A DNA stretch of 64,000 nt from positions 64,694 through 128,693 of the IMG/VR virus record IMGVR_UViG_3300050014_000310, one strand, 5' to 3'. Positions 28,501 through 39,793 of this stretch are shown here, piece after piece; position 1 is the first letter of the stretch; each line of letters opens with the position of its first letter. The notes under the pieces are model-generated. The model searched no databases and was not told the DNA's origin. It saw nothing but the letters and a program-made list of their open reading frames with translations. This stretch comes from a virus. The translations under genes and the position numbers were made by a program.

Positions 28501-30877
28501 CCTATAAAACATTTTGGCTTGTTGCGCTCAAATTGAACATCTGGACAATCAATACAAGGATCGACGAGCATAACTTTCATGGTTGGTGTCTCCTTTCCCA
28601 TTCGTCAATCTCTGCCTGGTTAACTGCCTTGGGACATTCATCCTTGAGATACCGGATAGGCGGCGGATCGAGTGGCAGTGGCCCAATATGGCAGGTATCT
28701 CCCAGGTTCTCCATCGTGACTTCCCTTCCGCATGCCCGGCAGATCACTCTACGCTCCAGCGCTTTTTGCACTGCCTTTACAAACTCACCAGCAAGATATT
28801 CCTGCTGTGACGCATCGCGTGGCGCATCAGTCAACTTCGTCGGTTTCCGCCCCGGGCTGCCAATCGATCTGGCTGCCTTCTTCCCCCATGGCCACATATC
28901 ACGCCATCCCCTTTTTCGCTTTCACGATTTCATTTGCCTTATCAATTTCCGATTTACCAATTCCGGTAGACATTCTTAAGCACTCAAAAAGAACGTCCAT
29001 GTTGTAATTACAGGAATCTATTTGCTGCTGCAATTTTTCAATAACCTTCGGCAGATCACCTTTGGCTGACTCCATGCTAGGGTTTAAGTCAAAATCTCTA
29101 TCATAAATAATATATCCTATCACCCAACTTTATTTTTCATATTGCGCAGACATAATTTTCGTATTGTGCATATAATCTTCTATTTTGAACCCCCTAAAAT
29201 CAATCATGATGCTTTTAAAACGATTGACAAATTCAATATTCTCTAACTCATCTAAAGTATCAAACTGCTTTATTGCATTTTCAGGCCCAGTAACCATGCT
29301 AGGAATATGTTGATAAATACAATATTTTTTGTTGAATGCTTTTCCCCCACACACTCTATTATACTGTGGGCATTTCAAGCATAAACTACTGATTTCATTC
29401 ATTTACTACCACCTTACCTTTCCTTGCCGATATTTCTCGAAAATATCCAACGTAAACCAAAATTAATTATAATCAACATAGTTACTGCACCTAATCCAAC
29501 CTATCGACTACACTTTCCAGCTTCGGCAACGGCAAATACCCGTCCTCACAATACTGCGTGACCTCGTATCCATCCCAGGGAGAGAGAATCATCTTGCCAT
29601 CGCCTCTTAACGGACCAAACCTGGTATGCTCCCTAACGGCCTCCTGCTCCTGATATTCAGATAGGGAAGCGACAATAGCACGGTCATCGGCTAGAAAAAG
29701 TATGAACATCTTGAGCACCATCCTTTTTTTTAATCTTCATATCCCCAAAACCCAAAATCTTTACTACCAAGCAGATTCACATCATTGTCCACCAATAAAT
29801 ATTCATGCCTCTTTTTTCACCCTGGAACCATTCCTATCCCCCCGGTAAGCCCACTGACACGTCAACATCCCCCAACTATCAACCTACCCCCCGAATTTCA
29901 ACACCTATCCCCATTGCCGTATCATCCTCATCGGTAACTTTCTTCTCACACACAGGACATGTCCAACCTTCCTCCTCGTCAAACGTCCACCCCCGCTCAT
30001 GGGCGATCTTTTTGCAGGTAACCAGGTCGAAACATTGATACAGGTGCTCCCACTTATCGCAGACAGAGCAATGCATCGCATAATGAGTACGATCGTCGGG
30101 CATCTACGCCACCCCCTTCCGCGGCCGTCCCCGCTTCTTCTTCACCACCGCATCGATCACCACCGGCGGCCCATCTCCCACGAACGACACCCCGATATTC
30201 CCCTCTTCGCAATAATCCTGATTGACGTTTCCCCTTACTCAGGTCTTCTCAGGGCAATTAGGATTGTCGCCGCAACTGTTAGCGCCACAACCGAGGCTTG
30301 AAGAATTGTAGGGGCACCGCTCCTTTTGCTTATCACCCTTGAATCCCAGCAACTCAGCCGGCACACCTAATTCGGTCAACACTCTATCCTGAAATCCCTC
30401 GGCATCAAGCATTGGCGCCACTGTATCAAGCGGAACTGATTTAAAATCCAACGCCTTCACCTCGAACCCTTGGACCCCCTCGCACCGGCAGACTCGTTTG
30501 AGTCCCGGGCAATACACCCCGGTAGGAGCCTGCGCCGACTTATGGGAAAATGGTTTCCCACGCCGCGCCCTCTTGGCAAATACGGCACCCCCGTGATCGT
30601 CCTCGCCGATCACCATGTCAGGTATAACCCTATGACGCACAGTATCTGGTAGTTCCCCCAGCACGATCCCCTCAAACTCTCTCTTCATCCGACCGTCGAA
30701 ACCCTGGGTCACCGAGATCTCCCACTTCCAGTCAGTCAAACAATACCCTTCCCAGGACGAAACGAAACCAGAAGACAGAGGCAGCCTTGATCCCGCGTGG
30801 ATGATGCAGTCGGTAACGACTTGATCCGGGATCGGGGAGACGATCACGCGGTCAGGGGCAACGATTAGGGCTAACAT
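25596..30877 (-). other. Cluster of small hypothetical early/middle genes
   Basis: Tightly packed minus-strand ORFs with RBSs (e.g. 25596-25961, 25970-26272, 26503-26805, 26826-27428, 27443-28276, 30239-30877); no families recognised. Confidence 0.6.
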
Positions 30878-31662
30878 TAGGCTTCACCGCCCTTCTCTGC
30901 TATTCGCACTCCAATGCCACGCCGGGCCACCCGGCCAGTCCCTGTACGCTCCTTTTCAAAACCTTTTTGCGCTAATGTGCGCCCAAATTTTGTCCGTGTT
31001 CGAACCGGCTCACCGTTCTTCTGCGCCCATTTCACATATTCATCGTATAGCGCCGATGTTTCGCATATTAGCTTCTCGCTTAGAATGCAACAGTCGTTTA
31101 AGAAGGCCGTGAAGTCGATCATCCAACCAGCATCCATCATTGCTATTTTAGGCATGCGCTGAACTTGGCGAGGTTGGGCATTCCCCATTATGCTGCTAGC
31201 AAGGGAAACCAGTTCTGAAGACGACAGCCTGTCCTTTACGCTGTCAAGAAAAGACAACCGCATCGTTTCGGCTTCAATTTGCAGCTTTTTGGTGTCAAGC
31301 TGAACCCGGCGCAGATACAGTTTCTGATCGCCATACTGACCAGTTTTGCGGATAGATGGAAGAATTTCATGGTATACCAACCGCTTAAATTGCTTGGCCT
31401 CTGGTTTACGGCTAGCAAAAATCAATGAGTAAAGACCCGGCTCGTTAACAGTTAGCATCTCCTGCTGCCCACCAAGGGTACGAATTGAACTCGTACCCTT
31501 TTCATCGTCATCAAGACGACCAACCGCCCTAGACACATCACCGAGATCCAAAATATCGCAGACATCTTTAGCGACAAACAGGGGTTCACCGTTCTCAATA
31601 ATAGTACGTACCTGGTTTCCTTGGTAATTAAATACAGGAAAAAGATCGTTCATATTTTCCAT
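30877..31662 (-). CDS. Bro-N antirepressor-type protein fused to a primase-type C-terminal winged helix
   Basis: FVAKDVCDIL..NEPGLYSLIFASRKPEAKQFK (Bro-N); C-term LYDEYVKWA..KFG..LA.KG shared with the primase at 33697. Confidence 0.85.
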   Translation of the reverse strand: MENMNDLFPVFNYQGNQVRTIIENGEPLFVAKDVCDILDLGDVSRAVGRLDDDEKGTSSIRTLGGQQEMLTVNEPGLYSLIFASRKPEAKQFKRLVYHEILPSIRKTGQYGDQKLYLRRVQLDTKKLQIEAETMRLSFLDSVKDRLSSSELVSLASSIMGNAQPRQVQRMPKIAMMDAGWMIDFTAFLNDCCILSEKLICETSALYDEYVKWAQKNGEPVRTRTKFGRTLAQKGFEKERTGTGRVARRGIGVRIAEKGGEA

Positions 31663-32000
31663 CTCCCTTTATTTATAAGTTAAACCGGGATACCGTTACG
31701 CTGAGCAAACTTCTTAAACTTGTATTCATCTAAGGAATTGCTAGCATTTTTAACGATATCCGTAACGCTAAACAGCACTTTTTCGTCCGGCAACTCAAGC
31801 ATTTTTTGCGCCATTCCAGACATTTCCCATGCCGTTCTTAAATCAAAAGACTCTGGATATGTCTTTTCTACTCCATCGATCTTAAACATAACTAGATATT
31901 TACCATTGTTCGTCCCTTTAACTAGAATCCATACCCCTGAATTGGTATCAACTTCATCCATTCAGCACCTACATCCCCTTTTTAATGTGTCATAAAACCG

Positions 32001-32774
32001 TCAGCTCCGTTCAATCTGACCACTACTGGATTTTCCCTCGCCAACACACCCCAGCGCCCCCCTGCAGATCGCCAACGGCAGTGAAAATGCATCGTGGCCG
32101 TGGCCGTCAATGACCTCGTGCCAGGCAGGGCCATCACCTTCTATGTGGCAGAAATCAACGGTTTTGCCTAGCCCCTGTAGGCCTACCGTTATCCTGGTAT
32201 AGCCCCTTTGTTGTAGCTGCTCTACGACCTGCCACGCCGCTGCAATGTCTGACGAAAAATGGGGCAGATTATCGATCAGATACGATTTCGTTGGCCCTTC
32301 CCACCAGTAGGTAGGGCTATCAACGTGAGGATGCTTCGCCCACCCCATAACCCGTTCAGCGATTAGGGAATCCATCTCCTTGCCAGCCGGCATCTGGGCA
32401 ACCTCGATTAATGCCCCGGCAACGCCAATAGGCGGAGCATCAATGTTTTTTGACCCGCACAGATCTCGCTCGACCGTCCTCGCCTTGATCTCCCCTTTAA
32501 CTTTCGCCAGGTTCACCGCGGCAGAAATAGGGGACTCAGCATACGGCGGCCAGTGCTCCGATAGCGGCGCCCGGGCATGAATCAGATCCTCGACGTAGCC
32601 GGCAACGTCCTTATCGTCTTCGGGGGTCAGGGCATGGAGCGAGATACCTGGCGGCAGTGTTGCGCCTTTTATTGGCAGCGTTTCACTCTGGGCAGCGGCG
32701 GTAAGATCATCAGTGAAATTAGCCCCTTTAACGCCGGAATCTGGCTTCCTCTGGCAATTATCTCCATTTTTCAT
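32001..32774 (-). CDS. Phage ABA-sandwich-domain protein
   Basis: EMDSLIAERVMGW..LPHFSSDIAAAWQVVEQL..PLAICRGAL. Confidence 0.6.
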   Translation of the reverse strand: MKNGDNCQRKPDSGVKGANFTDDLTAAAQSETLPIKGATLPPGISLHALTPEDDKDVAGYVEDLIHARAPLSEHWPPYAESPISAAVNLAKVKGEIKARTVERDLCGSKNIDAPPIGVAGALIEVAQMPAGKEMDSLIAERVMGWAKHPHVDSPTYWWEGPTKSYLIDNLPHFSSDIAAAWQVVEQLQQRGYTRITVGLQGLGKTVDFCHIEGDGPAWHEVIDGHGHDAFSLPLAICRGALGCVGEGKSSSGQIERS

Positions 32775-32782
32775 GGACTCGC

Positions 32783-33166
32783 TCAGGCTCCCCTCTCTAC
32801 GCTTAAATACTCACTGTATGCCACGATTCCCTGGCGATAAGCCTTGTACCATGCCACCAGCGCCGCCTTAACCTGCTCCACATTTTTTACCCCATTCAGG
32901 CAATCGAGCCATGTCTGATTCGCCTGGTTATTGGCCTGGCTGATCTGCCGTTCAATGTCCGGCCTGTTGATTTCGATCCATGGGATGCACCCGGGATTAC
33001 CGTTGCCATCAGCGCCCTGGTATACCGCGGCCAGTTGGTCAACCACTTTGCAATACATCCCAGCCAAGGTTATTTCAAGCGCCATTTGCTTTTCCTGCAG
33101 AAAAGTATTTTCCATATCTCTCCCCTTTGCTGTCAGCCTCTTCGCTGTCAACCTCTTCGCTGTCAA
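32783..33166 (-). CDS. Hypothetical protein
   Basis: ORF track; 5' end lies in a 15-bp tandem repeat (TAKRL). Confidence 0.45.
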   Translation of the reverse strand: MTAKRLTAKRLTAKGRDMENTFLQEKQMALEITLAGMYCKVVDQLAAVYQGADGNGNPGCIPWIEINRPDIERQISQANNQANQTWLDCLNGVKNVEQVKAALVAWYKAYRQGIVAYSEYLSVERGA

Positions 33167-33306
33167 CCCTTTAGCGCTCGGCGCTTAAAGAGTTGTCTAT
33201 GATATGCGCAATATCTAGGATTTCTTGTAAGCCAGTTGCAACCAGGGTATTTGCACCTATGCTTTTTTATCTTGACTATGCTTTTAAATCTCTTCGTCTC
33301 AAGCAT
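33163..33306 (-). CDS. Small Zn-finger peptide (47 aa)
   Basis: Read manually: RBS GGGAGG, CKYPGC..YCAYH motif. Confidence 0.4.
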   Translation of the reverse strand: MLETKRFKSIVKIKKHRCKYPGCNWLTRNPRYCAYHRQLFKRRALKG

Positions 33307-33327
33307 CCTCCCTGTTTTTTCCTGCTC

Positions 33328-33607
33328 CGAAGGATCAAATAGTCAGAATAGTCAATCCTTCGGAATGAAGACTGTTGCCCCCCAACGGATTCATCCATAG
33401 GACTTGCCTTCGTCGAAGGATCCGAACCTTTGACCCCCATTGCACACATATAGCGATCACGATCACATATAATTGTGATCCGCTATACACGGTAATAGAG
33501 ATTAATCATTCGTATCATTCGGATGATCCCTGTAGTCTGTATCCCCTATGGAATTGACGCTCCGAATGATCGGGATTTAATCCTTCGACAATCCTTCGGA
33601 TCCTTCG
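33328..33607. repeat. Putative replication origin with nine ATC(C/A)TTCG iterons
   Basis: Plus copies at 33355, 33505, 33514, 33580, 33591, 33600; minus copies at 33328, 33414, 33563; central palindrome GATCAC..GTGATC; directly downstream of the primase-helicase. Confidence 0.7.
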
Positions 33608-33696
33608 GATGCATATTTATGCATAATCGCTCCGTAGTTCCATGATCGCCCCATAATCCCTGCGCCAACTGGTGTGACATCCGTTTTGCATCCACC

Positions 33697-35889
33697 CTAT
33701 TCGTTCCAGCGTTCTTGCATGTTCATAGGGATCACTCTGCCTCGTTCATGGTTTCCCCGATCGCCAAAGGCCGGTTTCGCATTTTCGTCATATCTTAATC
33801 CGATCCCCATCCACCGGATCCGTCCATTCCCGGGGCGATCTCTTTCATATCCCTTTTCCGCCAGAGCTGCCCCGAACTTCTTTTGCGACTTGATCCGCTC
33901 TCCGCTCTTGTCCGCCCATTTTACATATTCGTCATAGAGTTCAGTTGAACCGCAGCTCATCTGATTGTTAACCATGCAGTACTCATCAAGGAAGCCGGCC
34001 AGCCAATCCATCTCCGTTTTGTATTCCTCAGTCGCCGCCCTCACTTCGTCCGGCATTTCTAGCCCTAATCGCTGCCACTTCAGGCATCCTGTGAGTAGCC
34101 AGATCAGAATTCCCTGCTGCTCAGCCCGCAGTTTCTCGGCCAGTTTGCGGTCCTGCTTCTCTTCTGGAATAGAAACGTCGAATGGAACAAGGCAGACCCG
34201 GCGCCAGATACCCAGGTCGGTGCCTGAGATGTATGGCTTTTTATTGGTTGAGATGAACACTTTAAATTGTGGCGTGTATTCAAAGAATTCCTTGAACAGA
34301 AACCGGCAGGCAATGGTATCGCCACCGGTGACCGATTTGACCAGCGACTCTGCCAGCCGGTGCGTTTCCTCTGCCTCCGTGGCGCTGACCATTCTCGATC
34401 CCTTGAGCCCGGCCAGGTCATTCGAGGCGGAATCATTATTGTTTTTAAGCGTGAACGTGGTAATCGGCGTCTGCTTGGCATAGTCACCCATGACATTTTT
34501 GACCGCTTCCATCAGCGTCGATTTTCCATTGGCGCCGTTGCCGTAGAGGAAAAATATCTTATGTTCGGAGATGTCACCGGTTAGAGAATAACCGAATGCC
34601 TTCTGCAGAAATTCCGTCAAGTTGGTGTTGCATGCCATGATCGTATTGAGAAAGTTTTCAAAAGTAGGGCACTTGGCGCCCTGGTCATAGTCCACCGGCG
34701 CTAGCTTCGTAAGCAACTTGTCCTTATCGTGAGGCATCAGTTCGCCGTTTCTAAGATCCACGATGCCATTCTTGCAATTGAGCAGCCAGGTATCGCCGTC
34801 AAGTTGGTCCGGGGTGACCGGGATTCCTGGTTCCGATTGGGCGAGGTTGATCATGGATTTTAGCCGGGATTCGCTTTCAGATCTTTTGGCATGGCTGTAG
34901 ATAGCTTCAACTTCCTTGTTATCGAGCGCTGTTTTAGTCTCTTCCGGGATCCGCTTCACTGTATCTTTGGCAAACTCGAAGATCGTCCCGTTTTCATCCC
35001 GTTCCCACTGAGCCGCGTTCCAGATCAGCCACGATTTCCAGGCATGGCAGTAACGAATATTTTCACCATGACATTTAATCAATCGTTTTGCATTGCCCAT
35101 GTCGGTCAAGCCTAAAGCTTCTGAGCTAGATCTGCTTATTGGTTTGGCTGCTTCTTTCGAGGCAATAGATTCGACAGTCGTCTGTACTTCGGCATCGTCC
35201 AATGGTGGCTTGCAGCGCCGACGGTTCCAGGCCAGCAGCATGGGAAGGGCTTCAGACGCGGGCATCTTAGTTAAAAGAGACCCGGCCCGTTTTGCCAGCG
35301 CATCGTTGCGGCCACCCGACACAATGTCCTGCTCCCAGTCAATGGATGAGGCTTCTGGCGATGGAGCAGGTTCTTTTACTAACGCGATCAGCCACTCTGG
35401 CATGTCCGCCAGAGGTACATCGTCAAGAGATAACCCGTCGCACCATGTATAAGTATTTCCATTGGCGTGTATGCTTGGAGGGGCTATGACGTAGCCGCCG
35501 TCTCCGCGCAGATCCAGGCCCGGCGCTTTGCGTACAAAGTTTCTGATTTCAAATCCCGGATGCTTGAAGTAGTAGTGAAAGCCTTTGCCCGTGCTGGCAC
35601 AGGGCGTTATGGGCAAGTGTTTCTGCTTGATAGTTTCGATGCCTTCCGGACCGTCTACGTCAAGGACTACTAAACCGGAGACGGCACCGGCGATAATAGC
35701 CACGTTGTAGACCGGATACGCTTGTGCCCAGGCCATTATTTCCTGCTCTGAGGCAGGAGTTTTCTGCAGGTGCTGCCAAGCTTTAAGCAAAGGTTTCTTG
35801 GTCATGAAATCGCAGGGAATGACCGAGAAGCCACGGCTTCGGTAACCCAGGGCAGATTGCAATATAATATCGTTTTGGGAATCGCTCAA
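33697..35889 (-). CDS. Bifunctional primase-polymerase + PriCT + D5/SF3 helicase (P4-like)
   Basis: VVLDVD, GFHYYF, DLRGDGGYVIAPPSIH; GRNDAL; TDMGNAKR; GNGANGKST Walker A; TGGD. Confidence 0.92.
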   Translation of the reverse strand: MSDSQNDIILQSALGYRSRGFSVIPCDFMTKKPLLKAWQHLQKTPASEQEIMAWAQAYPVYNVAIIAGAVSGLVVLDVDGPEGIETIKQKHLPITPCASTGKGFHYYFKHPGFEIRNFVRKAPGLDLRGDGGYVIAPPSIHANGNTYTWCDGLSLDDVPLADMPEWLIALVKEPAPSPEASSIDWEQDIVSGGRNDALAKRAGSLLTKMPASEALPMLLAWNRRRCKPPLDDAEVQTTVESIASKEAAKPISRSSSEALGLTDMGNAKRLIKCHGENIRYCHAWKSWLIWNAAQWERDENGTIFEFAKDTVKRIPEETKTALDNKEVEAIYSHAKRSESESRLKSMINLAQSEPGIPVTPDQLDGDTWLLNCKNGIVDLRNGELMPHDKDKLLTKLAPVDYDQGAKCPTFENFLNTIMACNTNLTEFLQKAFGYSLTGDISEHKIFFLYGNGANGKSTLMEAVKNVMGDYAKQTPITTFTLKNNNDSASNDLAGLKGSRMVSATEAEETHRLAESLVKSVTGGDTIACRFLFKEFFEYTPQFKVFISTNKKPYISGTDLGIWRRVCLVPFDVSIPEEKQDRKLAEKLRAEQQGILIWLLTGCLKWQRLGLEMPDEVRAATEEYKTEMDWLAGFLDEYCMVNNQMSCGSTELYDEYVKWADKSGERIKSQKKFGAALAEKGYERDRPGNGRIRWMGIGLRYDENAKPAFGDRGNHERGRVIPMNMQERWNE

Positions 35890-35980
35890 GTCTCCATCTC
35901 CCAGTGTTGCTCCATTACTAACTACCGAGTGCCGTTTTGGTCACTGCAACGTAATTTCCGTTGAGATGATTCACGCTGTC

Positions 35981-36805
35981 TCAGGCATGTTTGACTTCCC
36001 CGTATCTCGCGATTATTTCTTTGATCGAATCCTTCCACCGCACTTTAGGCTCGTCTTTCAGCGCAGCCACCAGTTTTAGAATCTCGCTGTCCTTTTGGTA
36101 TTCTTCTATCCAGCCAATCGCCATCAGGTTCGCCGGTGTCTGCTCGATCCTCTCCCGCATCCGGTTCATTTTGCCGATCCACACTGTCTCCGTGACATAC
36201 GGCTCAACAGCCCTGTAGGTATCAATGGCCATGCCAGTGCCTGCTAACATCGGTTCCATGGATACGGAAGTCTGATAACCCATGAATGCGGCATGTTTAA
36301 GCGCCTCAATTCTATCCCCCGGCAAAGGCGCTCCTGGTTCCCAAAAAATTGACGTATCAATGTCGGTTGTGCCGATGGTGAACCGGAAAAGGATCTGATC
36401 CCTGTACTTTTTGAAGCTACTGCAGATATCCGCGATGCAAACAGGGTCGGGCTTGCTCACGATAAGCACCTTATTGCCCGGCGCCAGGAGGTTGTCCAGG
36501 AATTCCAATACCGATGGAAGATTGTTCTGTGTTATGTCATGGGCCGTCGGGAACATGGTCACGCCTTTCCTTTTTCTGGCAGGCTTTCTTACCGCTTTCC
36601 AGTTGATCTTTTCCTGCGTCCATTCCTCACTTAATTTGATTTTCCCGAATCTGAGGGCGTTGGCGTTGGCATAACAATAAAGGCAAGCGTTGCTGCAACC
36701 CTGCTGGATGTTGGCGTTGATTTCCGCCCACTCCTGGGTGCCGTGGCCTGTGCGGTCTTGGGTGAAATCATTCATTGTGGTCACCGTCCTTTGTGCATGT
36801 TGCAC
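35981..36805 (-). CDS. Radical-SAM-like protein
   Basis: GCSNACLYCYA (CxxxCxxC); SMEPML; WIGKMN. Confidence 0.7.
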   Translation of the reverse strand: MQHAQRTVTTMNDFTQDRTGHGTQEWAEINANIQQGCSNACLYCYANANALRFGKIKLSEEWTQEKINWKAVRKPARKRKGVTMFPTAHDITQNNLPSVLEFLDNLLAPGNKVLIVSKPDPVCIADICSSFKKYRDQILFRFTIGTTDIDTSIFWEPGAPLPGDRIEALKHAAFMGYQTSVSMEPMLAGTGMAIDTYRAVEPYVTETVWIGKMNRMRERIEQTPANLMAIGWIEEYQKDSEILKLVAALKDEPKVRWKDSIKEIIARYGEVKHA

Positions 36806-37217
36806 AATCTGCGTCCAAATCTGCTACGGCAGCGTCCAAATTATCCTCAGCGGACGAAAATGCCTGTTGTACCTTTTGAAACGCTGCAAGGCTCTTGTCT
36901 CCGCTAAGGGCATGTTGCGTATAGGCATTTCGGGCACGCTGTTGTTCTTTTGCGGCGGTGATTACCCGGAGCATCGCGGTGCCGGCAGTTGAAGTCTCCG
37001 CTAACTTTTCTAGCTTTCCAACGGCACGAAAGATATCTTGGGTTGGGTAGTCCAACTCTTCAACGGCAATAGCGGCATCCCTGATGGCTTCCCGCATCTC
37101 CGCCAGGAGCGCGTTGGTCTGCTCTAATTGCCGTGACAACCGGGAGATCTCGGCTGTTAGCTGGCGTGTCAGGCTACCATCAGCGTCCATGATTCCGTTT
37201 TTGGGGTCTCGCATCAC
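36768..37217 (-). CDS. Hypothetical coiled-coil protein
   Basis: ORF track, coupled to neighbours. Confidence 0.5.
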   Translation of the reverse strand: MMRDPKNGIMDADGSLTRQLTAEISRLSRQLEQTNALLAEMREAIRDAAIAVEELDYPTQDIFRAVGKLEKLAETSTAGTAMLRVITAAKEQQRARNAYTQHALSGDKSLAAFQKVQQAFSSAEDNLDAAVADLDADCATCTKDGDHNE

Positions 37218-37876
37218 TTATCACCTTCCAGTTCCGCTATCTCAATAAGCACAATACCTTTTGTAAAGCCGCCTTTACGAGCATGTTTACTTAGACCAAC
37301 ATCAAGAACCTCACCTTTATCCCAGTTGTTGAAAGCCAGGACACCATTGATTACCTCGCACAGGTCGGCCAATTCCTCGATCTCCCCGCTGGCCAAGTAT
37401 TCATGCATTTCCTCAATGAGCTTATCCCGAAGGAGACAGGGCATCTCTTCCGTGGTGGCAACACGATAGACGTTTTTAGGAAACAGCGTCGGACATTTGT
37501 CACGTACTAATTTAGGAAGCATGGGCCTTCTATTCAGGGCATGTTCCGCTATCACCGCTATCTGTGCCAGCAGATCGCCATCGGGTTTGATCACGGCGCG
37601 GGTGTGAATTTTGTCCAGCGCCTCTATTAGTTGGGCATTCTCAGCGCGCAGGGTATCACGCTCGGCTATTCTCTGCTTGATGGTATCGCCTGCATTGTCC
37701 AGCCAAGCCTTCTGCTCTACTACCAGGCGCCGCAGCCCCTTATTTTCGGCACGCAGGGAATCGGAGTAACGTGTCTTCAACGGGCACTGATCAAACGGGT
37801 CTCGGCAGATCTCAATGTTTGTGACCACGGCGTTGTCTATCTTGCAGTGGCCTTTATCTAGGCATGGGCAATACAT
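37214..37876 (-). CDS. Protein with C-terminal MazG-like NTP pyrophosphohydrolase domain
   Basis: KLVRDK..KLIEEMHEY..EELADLCEV..KGGF. Confidence 0.7.
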   Translation of the reverse strand: MYCPCLDKGHCKIDNAVVTNIEICRDPFDQCPLKTRYSDSLRAENKGLRRLVVEQKAWLDNAGDTIKQRIAERDTLRAENAQLIEALDKIHTRAVIKPDGDLLAQIAVIAEHALNRRPMLPKLVRDKCPTLFPKNVYRVATTEEMPCLLRDKLIEEMHEYLASGEIEELADLCEVINGVLAFNNWDKGEVLDVGLSKHARKGGFTKGIVLIEIAELEGDK

Positions 37877-37878
37877 TT

Positions 37879-39105
37879 TTAGTCACCGCCTTTCAACATC
37901 TCAATAACCTGGGAGCACATATCGCAAGCACATCCACCGCCGCATTTCAGACGCCGCTCTCTGGCATGCCTTAGCGCCGTCATTTCCCTGTCAGTGAAGG
38001 GAAGAGGCAGATCATCGTTGCGATGTTCAGCAGCCAGGGATGTTTGCAGCCGGGCGATCTCTTCTTCCTCGGCGATAAGCATGACGTTCAATTCATGTGC
38101 AAAGTTATTTGCTTTTTCAAAGTTGTTCTGTGAAAAACGGAGTTCTTCTTTGATTTCCGCGATCTCGGTTTCTTTAGCGGCGATCGCGGCTACCATCGGA
38201 TCAACCGGTTCCACGTATTCCGGAAATTCCACTGACAGGCGTCTCACAGGCTTGCCATGAGCCACGGCGTAGTCGATTTCTGAGCGGGTAGAGTCTCCGA
38301 TGTAGCCATTCACGTCAAGCACCCATACCCAGTCGCACAAGTCAATTTTGCGCTTATGCAGGGCGTCCAGAAATGCCTTGGTTGCTTCGTCCGGATATTG
38401 CCTCTCATGATGCCCCCATAAGCCGACAGCCAGGACGATGTTACCCTCACCTGTTAGCCGGGCGTTCTCGGCTATCCATGTCTGCTTGAACCTGGTAGAA
38501 CCGCATAGGCAGACGATAGGCGCAACGAAGCGGGCATCCTTGGCGGCGATCTCTTCTCGCTGCACCTGGATCAGCCCGATGGCCTGGCGGTACTGCTCGC
38601 TCCGGCATGTGAGATCTTGCTGCAACTTGCGATTCTCGTTCTCCACTTTCTGATAGTCACACAGGGCCGGCATAATTGCCTTGACTTCTGCACTATGCCC
38701 CTCGAATTGCTCAAATAGTTGATGCTTTAGGTCTGCAACGTGTGATACGGCTTGCAGTTTGCCGCTTTTCGCCTCCCTTAAAACTCTACATCCCTGGCAT
38801 CCCTGACTCTCTTGCCTTGAGCAGCTATCCAGGTCGCTGCCAAACTCCTTGTAGCAACTTTCCGGGACAGTCACGGCCAATTTATACTGTGGCAGCAGAA
38901 TAGGGCGGAACGCGTTGCCATCCTTGTCGGCGACGGTGGTAATCTCATAAGCGCACGGATCAACATTCTTGCAGTCGTCAGGATTGGTACAATCCGGGTT
39001 GGCTCTTGCTGCTTCTTTGGCATCTTCTTTGGTTTCAGCGGCCACATGACAAGCGCATTCCAACTCACAATACCTACTTGTGCAGCAGATATGCCATAAT
39101 TTCAT
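37879..39105 (-). CDS. Multidomain protein with nucleoside-deoxyribosyltransferase-like domain
   Basis: VCLCGSTRFK..LHKRKIDLCD..GYIGDSTRSEIDYA..GKPV. Confidence 0.65.
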   Translation of the reverse strand: MKLWHICCTSRYCELECACHVAAETKEDAKEAARANPDCTNPDDCKNVDPCAYEITTVADKDGNAFRPILLPQYKLAVTVPESCYKEFGSDLDSCSRQESQGCQGCRVLREAKSGKLQAVSHVADLKHQLFEQFEGHSAEVKAIMPALCDYQKVENENRKLQQDLTCRSEQYRQAIGLIQVQREEIAAKDARFVAPIVCLCGSTRFKQTWIAENARLTGEGNIVLAVGLWGHHERQYPDEATKAFLDALHKRKIDLCDWVWVLDVNGYIGDSTRSEIDYAVAHGKPVRRLSVEFPEYVEPVDPMVAAIAAKETEIAEIKEELRFSQNNFEKANNFAHELNVMLIAEEEEIARLQTSLAAEHRNDDLPLPFTDREMTALRHARERRLKCGGGCACDMCSQVIEMLKGGD

Positions 39106-39793
39106 CGTTTTTCGCTCCCCTCAGAATGCATAGTTATTCATCCTCAAACATATTTACTTGCCTAGTTGCCTTCCCTTTCGGCGTCAATGTCACGATCCAC
39201 GCCTTCCCATCGCCATCCTTGACCTCGGACACCTCTTGGACGAGTCTGCCTGCCTGCCACGCATCCTTGGCGTTTTGAGCCGCATAGGGGGTGATGTCGA
39301 GGGCGATGCCCGGGGTGGTAAAATAGAGTTTCATCCTGCCAAGTCCCCCCAATATTCCAGAATGATCATCTGCAACTTTGCTATGTACTCCTTCAACTGC
39401 CCATAGGACGTCCTGTTTGCCTCTCTGACCCTGGGATCATCGTACTTGGGGCATTCCCTCACCAAGACCATTTGCATCCCTTGAACCTTCCTGTGCAGTC
39501 TCACGGGCATATTTTTTGGCTTGGTGGTGAGGTCGTAGAATCCCGGCGTTGGCGTGTAGGGAATATTTGGTCTCACTATTTTCATGCCTCTGCCGCCCCC
39601 TTTGTGCATATTGCACTGTCGCTCTCCGTCGCATAGTACTCGTAAATCCCTCGCTGCTCGATCTCGGATACCTTCAGCCTGATCAGCCCCGGGTGCTTCT
39701 TTTCGATCTGCTCGACCGCCGTCTCCCTGCTGGCTGCGACTACGCGCCCCATGTGGCAGATGACGTATTCTTGGTTCATATTGCCACACTCCA

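Noticed and set aside
33128-33170. 15-bp tandem repeat as a regulatory array
   Set aside because: Under three copies; simple slippage is sufficient
33328-33607. CRISPR array
   Set aside because: Repeats are 8 bp, in both orientations and irregularly spaced; they fit iterons
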